A stretch of DNA of 64,000 nucleotides. It comes from Candidatus Poribacteria bacterium (GTDB lineage: Bacteria; Poribacteria; WGA-4E; WGA-3G). The notes under the pieces are model-generated. The model did not search any database and was not told the DNA's origin. It worked only from the letters and a program-made list of their open reading frames with translations. The stretch spans positions 3,552,001 to 3,616,000 of the forward strand of contig CBDANF010000003.1 of NCBI GenBank assembly GCA_965197475.1. Direction: 5' to 3'. Position numbers and translations under genes: made by a program. Positions within the stretch are counted from its first letter, which is position 1. Each line of letters opens with the position of its first letter. Positions 41,110 through 51,285 of this stretch are shown piece after piece.

Positions 41110-41497
41110 TCGGCTTAAGCCACAACAACTTAGGTTCTCCGTATTTTGTCATGATTTGAACAGAAAAATGGGATTAAACTACCCGAAGACATCGCCGCAA
41201 TGCTAACGCCCTCGTAGACATTCACTGTAACAGAAAACTCTCTCCTTAGCGGATTACCTGATGTTACAGATTCTCAATTCGCGTAATCCGTGATAATCCG
41301 CAATTCAGACAATACCGTTTTACAAAATAATTACACACCACATTATTAATTTCGCTTGATAAAAAAAGTGAAACGTGATAAATTTTACTAAAATTAAAGC
41401 ATATAGGCGTTTTTCATGTCTGTTAGATCAAGGAGTATAGGCTTTATACGTTTGTTGATTTTATTATTTGGATATACACAAGCAAAGGAGGGAAGGC

Positions 41498-42133
41498 ATG
41501 TCAGATAAAGAGAAAAAACAGGGCACGAATATTTCGCGTCGGAGTTTCTTGAAGGGCGTAGGGACCGGAACCGTTGCCGCAACTGTAGCACCAGCGATCT
41601 TGGTCGGTGATGCGGAAACGGCGGAAGCGCAAACCGACGGAGCGATCTCCACAGCGAAAATTCAGTTGAATATCAATGAAAAGTCATATCAGATTGAAGT
41701 TGAAGCGCGCACCACGTTGTTGACAGTCTTGCGCGATGGAATTGATACAGGCGGAAACAATGTCGATTTGACTGGGGCAAAACTTATCTGTGACAAGGGT
41801 GAATGCGGCGGATGCACTGTCTTGGTTGATGGAAAATCTGTTTATGCATGTATGATGCTTGCAATGGGCGCGCAAGGGAAACAGATAACAACCGTAGAGG
41901 GCATCGCAAATGGAGATGAATTGCATCCAGTACAAGATGCATTCATCAAACATGATGCAATGATGTGCGGATTTTGCACTCCCGGCTTCATCGTCTCATC
42001 AGTGGCACTCTTGAACGAAAACAAAAAGCCCACGATCACAGAGATTAAGGATGGCTTATCGGGCAATACTTGTCGTTGCGGCACTTACCCGTTTATATTT
42101 GACGCAGTCGAAACCGCTTCAGAGAAGATGTAG
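41498..42133 (+). CDS. Tat-exported 2x[2Fe-2S] subunit of a PaoABC/xanthine oxidase-family molybdoenzyme
   Basis: SRRSFLK Tat motif; CDKGECGGCTV, CGFCTPG, CRCG. Confidence 0.93.
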   Translation: MSDKEKKQGTNISRRSFLKGVGTGTVAATVAPAILVGDAETAEAQTDGAISTAKIQLNINEKSYQIEVEARTTLLTVLRDGIDTGGNNVDLTGAKLICDKGECGGCTVLVDGKSVYACMMLAMGAQGKQITTVEGIANGDELHPVQDAFIKHDAMMCGFCTPGFIVSSVALLNENKKPTITEIKDGLSGNTCRCGTYPFIFDAVETASEKM

Positions 42134-42187
42134 TTTTGGCTAAGTACCCGTCAGTATGAACGCGTTTGTATTGAAAGGAGAAAACAG

Positions 42188-44308
42188 ATGGCATCATGGG
42201 GAGAAGCAAGTCAGTCTCGACTTATTGGCAAACGGATTACCCGTTTGTCCGGTAAAGAAAAAGTTACAGGAAAAGCGAAGTATACCTTTGATATAAATCG
42301 ACCGGGAATGCTTTATGGACGCATTCTGCGATCTGAAGTTGCACATGCAACCGTAAAGGATCTCGATCTAACCCGTGCGGAAGTACTGCCCGGTGTCAAA
42401 GCGGTTATTCCATTAATTGAAGTCGGCAGAAAGCTACGTTATCAAGGACAAGAGATCGCAGCAGTTGCCGCAGAAACCGACGACATCGTTAAAGACGCAC
42501 TACGGTTGATTTATGTTGAATTGGAAGAATTACCCTTCGTTGTTACGGAAGCGGATGCGATGGCAGAAGGTGCACCGCAAATTCGGGATGATTGGAAGGG
42601 AAATCAGAGTAATCCAGGCATTAACGAACAAGGCGACGTGGAAGCTGGTTTTTCTGAAGCTGCTGTTACAGTAGAAGCCACCTATCACGCCCCCGTCCAA
42701 ACACATGTCTGCTTGGAAACACACGGGCACGTTGCTGAATGGACAGATGAACAGAGTCTAACCGTTTGGGCATCCACACAGGCGGTTTTTGGGGTTCGCA
42801 ATGACCTTGCACGTCGCTTTGAACTACCTGCAAACCAAGTCAGAGTCATCACTGAGCACATGGGGGGTGGTTTTGGAAGCAAATTCGGTCCTGGCGTAGA
42901 AGGACACACCGCAGCACAATTGTCTCGCATTACGAACAGACCTGTGAAATTAATGTTGACTCGGAAGGCTGAACACCTCGTAGCGGGTAATAGACCGTCA
43001 ATGACACAGCATGTAAAGGCAGGCGCGACACGCGATGGACGACTTATCGCTTATGATATGCGAGGCTACGGCACAGGTGGTATATCCAGCGGTGCAGGAT
43101 TTCAAGCACCTTATGTTTACCATGTTCCAAATAGACGAACCGAACGTTTTAACGTGGCTACCAATGCTGGTAACCAACGCGCCATGCGTGCACCAGGACA
43201 TCCGCAAGGTGCTTTTGCTATGGATTCATTGATGGATGAACTGGCAGAGAAACTGGGAATGAACCCGCTTGAGTTTCGACGTATTAATGACTCAAGTGAA
43301 GTGCGTCAAGCGCAATATACCCTCGGCGCACAGGAAATCGGATGGCACAGACGCAACAGCGTGCCCGGTTCCGGAACAGGTGTAAAAAAGCGCGGTATGG
43401 GTGTTGGTAGTGGCCAATGGGGCGGTGGCGGCGGTAGAGGCACGCAAGCGCGTGTTACCATTAATTCTGATGGCACCGTCGAAGCGGTCACTGGTACGCA
43501 AGACCTCGGCACTGGTATTCGAACTGCCATTGCTATCATCGTCGCAGAAGAGTTAGGACTCGCACCAACCGATATTTCAGTCAAAATTGGCGATAGTGGT
43601 CCTGGACTACCTTCCGGCGGTAGTGGCGGAAGCCAAACGACTGCCTCTGTCGCACCGGTCATCAAAACCGCAGCTGCAGCAGCGAAACAGAAATTGTTTG
43701 AACACGTCGCGCCCTTACTGCAGGCACCGGTAGATGACTTGCGCGTCGGAACTGGCACTATCTACGTTGCTTCTGACCGGACAAAGACGGTTACTTGGCA
43801 TCAGGCTACAGGTCTACTCGGACAGGAGAGTATTAGTGAAGGCGGAAATTGGGACCAGGAACTCCGACAAAGCAATGTTGCAGGCACTCAGTTTGCTGAA
43901 ATTGAAGTTGATACTGAGACAGGTAATGTCAAAGTCCTTAAGATTGTCGCTGTCCAAGATTGCGGATTGGCAATTAACCGATTAACAACGGAAAGCCAAA
44001 TAAATGGCGGCGTTATAATGGGCTTAGGGCAAGCACTCTTGGAAGAACGGATCATGGATCCGCAAACCGGACGGATGCTCAACGCAAACCTTGAGGATTA
44101 CAAGGTTCCTGGAACCTTTGAGATACCTGAAATCAAGTCAATCGTTTTTGATACGCATCGGAAAGTTACAGGTGTCGGGGAACCGCCTTGTATTCCAACG
44201 CTTGGCGCAATCGCAAATGCTGTTTACAATGCAATTGGTGTCCGAATTCGGGAATTACCGATTACACCGGATAAAGTCCTCACCGCGCTTGCTGAGAAGA
44301 AGGCATAA
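42188..44308 (+). CDS. Molybdopterin-binding subunit, xanthine dehydrogenase family
   Basis: KVTG.AKY, MGGGFGSK, MRAPG, QDLGTG, SGGS, QINGG, GVGE. Confidence 0.95.
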   Translation: MASWGEASQSRLIGKRITRLSGKEKVTGKAKYTFDINRPGMLYGRILRSEVAHATVKDLDLTRAEVLPGVKAVIPLIEVGRKLRYQGQEIAAVAAETDDIVKDALRLIYVELEELPFVVTEADAMAEGAPQIRDDWKGNQSNPGINEQGDVEAGFSEAAVTVEATYHAPVQTHVCLETHGHVAEWTDEQSLTVWASTQAVFGVRNDLARRFELPANQVRVITEHMGGGFGSKFGPGVEGHTAAQLSRITNRPVKLMLTRKAEHLVAGNRPSMTQHVKAGATRDGRLIAYDMRGYGTGGISSGAGFQAPYVYHVPNRRTERFNVATNAGNQRAMRAPGHPQGAFAMDSLMDELAEKLGMNPLEFRRINDSSEVRQAQYTLGAQEIGWHRRNSVPGSGTGVKKRGMGVGSGQWGGGGGRGTQARVTINSDGTVEAVTGTQDLGTGIRTAIAIIVAEELGLAPTDISVKIGDSGPGLPSGGSGGSQTTASVAPVIKTAAAAAKQKLFEHVAPLLQAPVDDLRVGTGTIYVASDRTKTVTWHQATGLLGQESISEGGNWDQELRQSNVAGTQFAEIEVDTETGNVKVLKIVAVQDCGLAINRLTTESQINGGVIMGLGQALLEERIMDPQTGRMLNANLEDYKVPGTFEIPEIKSIVFDTHRKVTGVGEPPCIPTLGAIANAVYNAIGVRIRELPITPDKVLTALAEKKA

Positions 44309-44319
44309 GGAGGTAAACA

Positions 44320-45303
44320 ATGGATAAATTTAGTTACGTCAACGCGACAAGTCTGAAACAGGTTACCTCTCTATTGAGTGATAGCGGATGGGGGGAGGTA
44401 ATGATGATAGCAGGGGGAACCGACCTGCTCGGTGAACTCAAGGAGTACATTGAAACCCCTAAAACACTGATTAATCTCAAGACGTTACCCGGAATGGATA
44501 GTATCAAAGCAGATGCGTCCGGCTTAAAAATCGGGGCATTAACTACTGTCGCTGATATTGCGATGCACCCGGCTATTCGGCAACACTACACCGTGTTGGC
44601 AGAGGCAGCCGGTTCCGTCGCTACACCACAGATTCGGAATGCCGGCACCCTTGGTGGCAATCTCTGTCAACGCCCGCGTTGTTGGTATTACCGAGATGAG
44701 ACCGTCAATTGCCTTAAAAAAGGTGGAGATATCTGTTATGCTGTTGATGGCTTGAGCAAATACCATGCTATCTTCGGCGGGGATCCTGTTTATATTGTGC
44801 ATCCCTCAGACATTGCGCCAGCATTGATCGCACTGAACGCGTCTCTCAAAATTGCAGGCCCAGAAGGTGAGAAAACATTAAAAGTTGAAGAATTCTTTAC
44901 CTTGCCAGCGGCAAATCCGTTTCGGGAAAACGTGCTTGAACCGAATGAAATCGTTGTTGAAGTTCAGGTGCCAAAGCCCAAACCGAATACAAAGAGTTTT
45001 TATCTGAAAGCACGAGAGAAAGGTGCACCCGATTTTGCATTGGCAAGTGTGGCAGGTGTCTTTGAGATGATGGGACAAACCTGTCAAACCGCCAGCATCG
45101 TTCTCGGTGGGGTTGCCTCCGCGCCATGGCGTTCTGCTGAGGCTGAAGTCGTTCTCACTGGTAAGATGATTAACGACTCGGTCAGTATGAAGGCAGGCGC
45201 GGAAGCCGTTAAGGATGCAGAACCTATGAACGACAATGCGTATAAGGTGACCTTAACCCAAAATCTCATTAGTCGTGCCGCAATGATGGCAGTAAGTAAA
45301 TAG
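44320..45303 (+). CDS. FAD-binding subunit, xanthine dehydrogenase family (PaoB-like)
   Basis: AGGTDL, ATPQIRN.GTLGGNLCQRPRCWY, HPSD, LGGVA..PWR. Confidence 0.95.
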   Translation: MDKFSYVNATSLKQVTSLLSDSGWGEVMMIAGGTDLLGELKEYIETPKTLINLKTLPGMDSIKADASGLKIGALTTVADIAMHPAIRQHYTVLAEAAGSVATPQIRNAGTLGGNLCQRPRCWYYRDETVNCLKKGGDICYAVDGLSKYHAIFGGDPVYIVHPSDIAPALIALNASLKIAGPEGEKTLKVEEFFTLPAANPFRENVLEPNEIVVEVQVPKPKPNTKSFYLKAREKGAPDFALASVAGVFEMMGQTCQTASIVLGGVASAPWRSAEAEVVLTGKMINDSVSMKAGAEAVKDAEPMNDNAYKVTLTQNLISRAAMMAVSK

Positions 45304-45307
45304 GAGG

Positions 45308-45553
45308 ATGAACATGTTAGAGGGAAAAACACTTCCAATTTTTAGCCGTCCGATATGCCAGGACCTTCGCACAAAGGCTATTTACATTCCTGGTGGTAAC
45401 TTACAAAATCTTGTTGAAGAGAATCCTGGAACACACTATTGGTGCAATTGCACAATGCAGGTGGTCGGACCTGATGACCAATTTGTGTCGCCTAACGCGT
45501 GCAAGCAGTCGCGTTCCTGTTTCAACCCTGTTGGTGGAAAGCCGGTAGTGTAA
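45308..45553 (+). CDS. Small Cys-rich hypothetical protein
   Basis: AGGAGG immediately upstream; C..LRTK, YWC.CT....GPD, C...RSCF. Confidence 0.75.
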   Translation: MNMLEGKTLPIFSRPICQDLRTKAIYIPGGNLQNLVEENPGTHYWCNCTMQVVGPDDQFVSPNACKQSRSCFNPVGGKPVV

Positions 45554-45629
45554 TCACATAAATATCGTTATCGGTTGTCAGTAATCCTTCTGATAACCGA
45601 TAACGCGTTCCGATTCCCAGAATTACATA

Positions 45630-46085
45630 ATGCTCCTCAAACCTTTGATACAATGGTTGCATGTCGGTTCTGTCGTCTTGATTGTAGGCGGTTTCTTTTT
45701 CTTTCGCGTCGTTCTCATCCCAATTGCTAATCGTCTCTCCGATCAAAACACCCTTATTTCATCTGCTCTCAGACGTTTCAGCGGAATCGTTTGGAGCGCG
45801 CTTTTGACTGTCCTTATATCCGGGTTGTATAACGTTATCGCCTTTTTCAGAACCGCCCGCACGTCCGCTACAGAAGCTGCTGCCTCAGATTACTCCCTCT
45901 ACATACTCGTCTTAGGTATTAAATTTTTTATCGTTTTTCTGATATATACCCTCGCGATTATCTTAACGTTTCCTTATCCTGTTTTTGAGACGGTTCAGAA
46001 AAAACCTTCACCTTGGTTGAACATCCTCATTCTTTTAGCCCTGATAACTATCTTTCTATCCGCCTTTTTACGCCGGATAGGGTAA
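45630..46085 (+). CDS. CopD/DUF4149-like four-helix membrane protein
   Basis: WLH...GG.FF, SGLYN, K in helix 3. Confidence 0.7.
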   Translation: MLLKPLIQWLHVGSVVLIVGGFFFFRVVLIPIANRLSDQNTLISSALRRFSGIVWSALLTVLISGLYNVIAFFRTARTSATEAAASDYSLYILVLGIKFFIVFLIYTLAIILTFPYPVFETVQKKPSPWLNILILLALITIFLSAFLRRIG

Positions 46086-46118
46086 CATCATCGAAATCTA
46101 AACCTTTCCTACACTGCT

Positions 46119-46856
46119 TCACGCCATCCGAATCCCACCATTGACATCAAGCGTAGCACCGGTGATATACTGCCCTTCCTCCGAAGCGAGGAAAAGAATA
46201 GCATTCGCTATCTCTGAAGGGTCTGCAACACGTCCAAGTGGAATCTGATCGGTCATATCCGGATGATTTTTCGCCATCTCGGTTGCCGCAATCCCCGGTG
46301 CGATAGAGTTGACCGTAATGCCATACTCGCCTAAAACCCTTGCAAACGATTTTGTCAAACACATTACTCCAGCTTTTGAGGCAGAATAAGGCGCAGATGC
46401 AACCAAGCCCCCGACCTGTCCTGCTAACGAACCGAGGTTGATGATACGTCCAAATTTTTGTGCCTTCATCGTCTCCATTACCGCCTGTGAACAGAGAAAA
46501 GGACCTTTAAGGTTGACCGCCATCATCCTATCCCACTCCGCTTCGGTGCATACATCTATGCGGGTATAGCTGAAAATGCCGGCGTTGTTCACTAAAACAT
46601 CAATTCGTTCAAATTCTTCAAGTGTTCTGTTTACCATCGCACACACGGATTCACCATCAGCAACATCCGTTTCAATCACAACACATCGCCTATCAAGTGC
46701 AGCTATCTCTTTTGAAACCGCCTCAGCATTCATCATATTTACTTCAGGAATAACAATATCTGCCCCTTCGCGAGCGAACGCGAGGCATGTTGCTTTTCCA
46801 ATGCCTCCGCCACCGCCTGTAACAATTGCAACGCGTTCATCCAACCGCATCTCCAT
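46119..46856 (-). CDS. SDR family oxidoreductase
   Basis: TGGGGGIG, NNAG, YSASK, TG..LDVNGG. Confidence 0.95.
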   Translation of the reverse strand: MEMRLDERVAIVTGGGGGIGKATCLAFAREGADIVIPEVNMMNAEAVSKEIAALDRRCVVIETDVADGESVCAMVNRTLEEFERIDVLVNNAGIFSYTRIDVCTEAEWDRMMAVNLKGPFLCSQAVMETMKAQKFGRIINLGSLAGQVGGLVASAPYSASKAGVMCLTKSFARVLGEYGITVNSIAPGIAATEMAKNHPDMTDQIPLGRVADPSEIANAILFLASEEGQYITGATLDVNGGIRMA

Positions 46857-47022
46857 TTCTCCTTTCTCGAATTTACTATAGCGAGTATAGGCTGTTTTAA
46901 TTCATCCAACACTCTTTTTGCTTGAAAATCAATTGTAATTGTTGTAACATGTGAACATTATCACACGTATTTTGGAAAAAGTCAATATGCTCACAATGGA
47001 AAAGGATATGGAGTCTTAAGTT

Positions 47023-48039
47023 ATGAAAACAACCACAATTTGGAATCTGCTGAAGTTATTTTTGGTGTTGGGGATTGTCTGTAACTTCACTTTTACAGCG
47101 ACAGCACAAAATTATTATCCGGCTAATATAGGCAACGAATGGGTTTTAGAGAATACCAACGGCAAGCAAAGACGGACTTATACACTTGAGAGGCCTGAAG
47201 ACGCTGCCGATGCAGAATTTATCCTCTTGAAAATTGAAACTGAGAATATCAACAATAACAAGGTTGTTGACACGGACAAGTACTTTTTGACGACTGACGA
47301 TGAAGGTATCAAGCTCCATAAAACTGCCTTAGAACAACAAACTGTCAATAATAATGTGCTTAACGTGACCGCGAATTTTCCAACACCTGCAACTTTTTTT
47401 CCTAAGGTATTAGCGTTAGGGGATAAGTGGGATATAGTAGCGGATGCAACGATTCTTGAACTTGATATCTCTATAAAAAGCACTACCAATTTAGAGGTTG
47501 TTGGATTTGAAGACGTTGTAACGCCAGCCGGAACATTTCAGAAATGTGCTAAAATTGAGTTGAAAGTATCAGCCACGAATGCGTTTCTAAACTTTGAGAC
47601 AACATCATATCAGTGGTTAGCTCCCGATCTCGGTCCTGTTAAATATCAGACCGACGATGATGATGTATTTGAGATGATTAGTTTCAAATTGTCCGGCCCA
47701 CCTGTTAAACCAGCGCAGAATCGCCCCGTGTGGCAACTGCCGTCTCGTGTGTTTCAAGTCACTGGTTCGCGTCTCGGTGGAATACTCAATGCCAAGATAC
47801 TTGAAAATGTTGAAGATTATGCATCGGAAGTGCACAATTTAGGAATAGTAGCCGTGACTGGAGGCATTGTTCCGCCTGGGGATGGTACTGGTTTTGCAAC
47901 TAACTCACAAAGAAAACAAGATCTATGGGTTGCTGGAATCTTTGGGAATGCCCCTATCATCGGCACAATAACGCTTTTTGCAGAAAATGATAAAGGTAGA
48001 ACTACAGTAACAATTGAAGTAACTATTAATATTAGGTGA
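47023..48039 (+). CDS. Secreted protein, shared N-terminal domain (paralog 1) plus Ig-like tail
   Basis: Signal peptide; QNYYP..IGN.WVL, EDVVTPAGTF..C, YQWLAPD.GPVKY. Confidence 0.8.
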   Translation: MKTTTIWNLLKLFLVLGIVCNFTFTATAQNYYPANIGNEWVLENTNGKQRRTYTLERPEDAADAEFILLKIETENINNNKVVDTDKYFLTTDDEGIKLHKTALEQQTVNNNVLNVTANFPTPATFFPKVLALGDKWDIVADATILELDISIKSTTNLEVVGFEDVVTPAGTFQKCAKIELKVSATNAFLNFETTSYQWLAPDLGPVKYQTDDDDVFEMISFKLSGPPVKPAQNRPVWQLPSRVFQVTGSRLGGILNAKILENVEDYASEVHNLGIVAVTGGIVPPGDGTGFATNSQRKQDLWVAGIFGNAPIIGTITLFAENDKGRTTVTIEVTINIR

Positions 48040-48057
48040 CGCTATGTAGTATAAGGA

Positions 48058-48132
48058 TACGTAAATGGCGATGGGAAAGTCACTATCCTTAATTTGATAC
48101 TCATCGCACAAAATTTCAACAATTCATCTTGA
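48058..48132 (+). pseudogene. Relic dockerin/EF-hand segment
   Basis: YVNGDGKVTILNLILIAQNF, similar to DVNNDGTVNIRDLILVAQNF at the end of 51286-52092. Confidence 0.7.
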
Positions 48133-48192
48133 AAGGTGTTTAAAAATTTGGTAAAATATAACCACTATCACACATCGTTTGGAAAAGTCAGT

Positions 48193-48423
48193 ATGGCAAT
48201 ATGGAAAGTAGTATTAATTGTCACCGTCACCGCTATTCTGCTTATGGCAATCGGGATGTGGTTAGGATATCGATATATATCGGAACAAGATGATATTCAC
48301 CCGAAAGGACTAAACAACCCTTCTAATCCAGAATCCCTGATCAGACATGCACACCTACCCAACGAAAATTCTGCTGAGGTGATACTCCCTTATTTTTTGC
48401 ATCGCTCAAGTTTATATTCTTAA
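48193..48423 (+). CDS. Small single-TM hypothetical protein
   Basis: MAIWKVVLIVTVTAILLMAIGMWLG hydrophobic N-terminus. Confidence 0.5.
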   Translation: MAIWKVVLIVTVTAILLMAIGMWLGYRYISEQDDIHPKGLNNPSNPESLIRHAHLPNENSAEVILPYFLHRSSLYS

Positions 48424-48437
48424 AAGGAGATTAAATT

Positions 48438-51119
48438 ATGAAAATTACAAATTCTATGTCTTGGTTGAAACCGATCTTAGTATTAAGTCTTATATGTAGT
48501 TTTGTGCTTACCGCCACAGCACAAGATTATTATCCAACAACTATCGGCAACACGTGGGTTTTACTAAGTGAAGATGGTGCTGAACGTCGCACCTATTCTA
48601 TTGAGGAACCTGAAACCGATGAAGATGAAGGGATTATTATCCTGAGAATCCTCACTGAGACTCTGGGGACAGATGTAGTTGATAACGACGTTTATTATAT
48701 ATCTGATGATGCTGGAGATCTAAAGCTTCACCGGACAAAACTGGAAGAAGGGGCATTCGGCATCGCAGCGGCAATACTTGATCCACCTGCGATTTTCTTC
48801 CCTGCGGACTTACCTATAGGACGTACGTGGGAAATCATAACGGAAATAGAACTAAACTTAGTTGGCACAGTAAACACAACAAGTACTATAGAAGTTGTAG
48901 CAGTTGAAGATGTTGAAACCCCCATCGGGACATTTGAAAACTGCGTCAAACTTAAAATTAGCAGAAAAATCGTCACAGCACTTGTAACCCAACGACCGTT
49001 CTATTATCAATGGTTAGGACCTGACGTAGGACCCGTCAAATATGAGAATGATCAGGGAATTGTATATGAATTGGAAAGTTACAACCTAGTAGAACCGACA
49101 GAAGAACCAGTAATAGAAACGCCTGAAATACTCCAGACATCTACTGATATTTTTGTAAACCCTGTTAATATCGAGTCCCCTGCTGTAGGGGAGCAATTCA
49201 CAGTGAGTATTAACATCGGTAATGGCGAAGGTGTCGCAGGGTACCAATTGACCGTGAACTTTGATCCAACAGCACTAAAATACATTTCAAGCGCAAACGG
49301 TGATTATCTACCCGCAGGTGCATCGGTGAATACGGCTGAAGTGACTGAGAATAGCGTCCAACTCGCAGCGACTGCAACCGACGCGGAGTCAGATGGTCAT
49401 GGGACACTTGCTACCGTCACGTTTGAAGTTGTTGAGGTAAAAGCATCTTCTATCAGTCTAACAAACGTTGTCATAACCAATGCCACCGCTGAACCGTTAG
49501 AATTCGTAACAGGGGATGGTGCTGTTTTCGTGCCAATTGATCGGGAACCTATCGTTATATTACCTCCCGGTATACCACCTATTAGCGATCAAGTATTTGA
49601 GATTACCTTGACCAATCTTACCACCGGCGAACCGGGAATGGGTGGGCAAATTTTCTCACACCCAATTTTTGCCGCGCACTTTGCAAGTGATGGTCTTGCC
49701 ACAGTCGGGGAACCAGCGGTTCCGGCACTCGTCGCACTTGCTGAAAATGGAGATGTTTCAGGGTTACTGGAATTTGCAACTGCTGTAGGTGCAGACACTG
49801 CTGTCGCAGATGATGTTGTGATTCCCGGCGGGTCTGTTACCGTTAGGTTAAAGGGTAATGTATTGAACTCTTCACTGACGGTTGCCTCAATGTTAGTGTC
49901 AACAAATGACGGGTTCATCGCCGCAACCGACGTTCCTCTCTTTGATGAAAATGGCATGCCTGTTTCAGCGACGTTAGAGTTGATGGCTTACGATGCAGGT
50001 AGTGAAGAGAACACAGAACTTGCTTCCGATATTCCGGGTCCGCTCGGTTTAGATGCCGATGCAGATCCAGAGGGTAGCAATGCTCGCGTTCCGACAGAAG
50101 GCGGTGTAATTACACCACACCCGGGCATTCAAGGCGTTGGAGATGTGAGTGAAGCATTTGCTTGGAAAGAACCGACAGCAATGCTAACGATTACACCTGT
50201 TACTGAATCTAGCTTTGATATTGCCCTTGAGTCAGGATTAAACATGATCTCAATTCCACTGATGCCAGCAGAACCCTACACAGCAAAATCCCTTGCCGCA
50301 ATGTTAGGTTCAACGGTTGTCATCAAATTAGATGCCGCAAAACAGAGTTTTGTCGGTTATTCCGCTGCTGAGGAGGGAGACGGTTTCGACATTGATGGTA
50401 GTAGCGGTTATATTGTGAATACCCTCGCTGGTGGCGTTGTTACATTTTCAGGTACGGCGTGGCAAAAGCAATCCGATGACGCAGCTGCTGCACCTAAAAT
50501 CTCTACAGTTAAGAGCGCATGGGCGTTTGTCGTTACAAGTGATTTACAAGACAAGGAGACCGATGCATCTTACACCATGGTTGCCAAAAACCTCCGAACA
50601 GATGTTGTCACTACCGAGAAAGTTACCAGCGACAAAGGACACGTTTCTGCTGTGTGGGCAGACTTGAATCGTAAGAGCGTCGTTAAAGTTGGCGATAAGG
50701 TTGAGATTGCACTTCTTGACGAACGTGGTACTATTGTGTCCGGTCCATTCCAACGCACAGTCCAAACTACGGATATTCATAACGCATATCTGAGTGTGCA
50801 GATGCAAGTTGGCGATGTGCGTCCCAAGGAAACGATTCTGGGTCAGAACTTCCCGAATCCGTTCAATCCAGAGACCTGGATACCTTATCAACTGAGTCGA
50901 GATTTCAACGTAACGATTCAGATTTATAATGTTTCCGGCAGTTTAATTCGGACGCTAAACTTGGGTCATAAGTCAATAGGTTCGTACATAACAAGTTCTA
51001 CTGCGGCTTATTGGGATGGTAAGAATAACGCGGGTGAACATGTTTCAAGCGGTATCTATTTCTATACCCTCCAAACAAAGAACTTATCTGCCACCCGTCG
51101 AATGGTTATCCTAAAGTAG
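48438..51119 (+). CDS. Secreted multidomain protein: shared domain (paralog 2), cohesin, spondin-N-like, FlgD/T9SS-type C-terminal domain
   Basis: GEQFTV.INI...VAGYQLTVNFDPTAL...GTLATVTFEV (cohesin); ITLTNLT, LAENG, MLVSTNDGF, YDAGSEEN (spondin); LGQNFPNPFNPETWIPYQL, SSGIYFY. Confidence 0.88.
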   Translation: MKITNSMSWLKPILVLSLICSFVLTATAQDYYPTTIGNTWVLLSEDGAERRTYSIEEPETDEDEGIIILRILTETLGTDVVDNDVYYISDDAGDLKLHRTKLEEGAFGIAAAILDPPAIFFPADLPIGRTWEIITEIELNLVGTVNTTSTIEVVAVEDVETPIGTFENCVKLKISRKIVTALVTQRPFYYQWLGPDVGPVKYENDQGIVYELESYNLVEPTEEPVIETPEILQTSTDIFVNPVNIESPAVGEQFTVSINIGNGEGVAGYQLTVNFDPTALKYISSANGDYLPAGASVNTAEVTENSVQLAATATDAESDGHGTLATVTFEVVEVKASSISLTNVVITNATAEPLEFVTGDGAVFVPIDREPIVILPPGIPPISDQVFEITLTNLTTGEPGMGGQIFSHPIFAAHFASDGLATVGEPAVPALVALAENGDVSGLLEFATAVGADTAVADDVVIPGGSVTVRLKGNVLNSSLTVASMLVSTNDGFIAATDVPLFDENGMPVSATLELMAYDAGSEENTELASDIPGPLGLDADADPEGSNARVPTEGGVITPHPGIQGVGDVSEAFAWKEPTAMLTITPVTESSFDIALESGLNMISIPLMPAEPYTAKSLAAMLGSTVVIKLDAAKQSFVGYSAAEEGDGFDIDGSSGYIVNTLAGGVVTFSGTAWQKQSDDAAAAPKISTVKSAWAFVVTSDLQDKETDASYTMVAKNLRTDVVTTEKVTSDKGHVSAVWADLNRKSVVKVGDKVEIALLDERGTIVSGPFQRTVQTTDIHNAYLSVQMQVGDVRPKETILGQNFPNPFNPETWIPYQLSRDFNVTIQIYNVSGSLIRTLNLGHKSIGSYITSSTAAYWDGKNNAGEHVSSGIYFYTLQTKNLSATRRMVILK

Positions 51120-51285
51120 GTATAGCCGAAAAATTGTTTTAGTGAAATGCCTTGATTTCACAAGCAGTCCGGTTACTTTACAGATTACGCTGCGATAGTT
51201 GAATCGAGGCGTTTTCCTTTTTATACAGCACCACTCTCGGTATATACGAGACAATTCAAGACAAATTTTATGCAAGGAGGATTGA

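Noticed and set aside
41155-41217. Short frame FEQKNGIKLPEDIAAMLTPS resembling a gene remnant
   Set aside because: Too short to assign; no start or supporting context.
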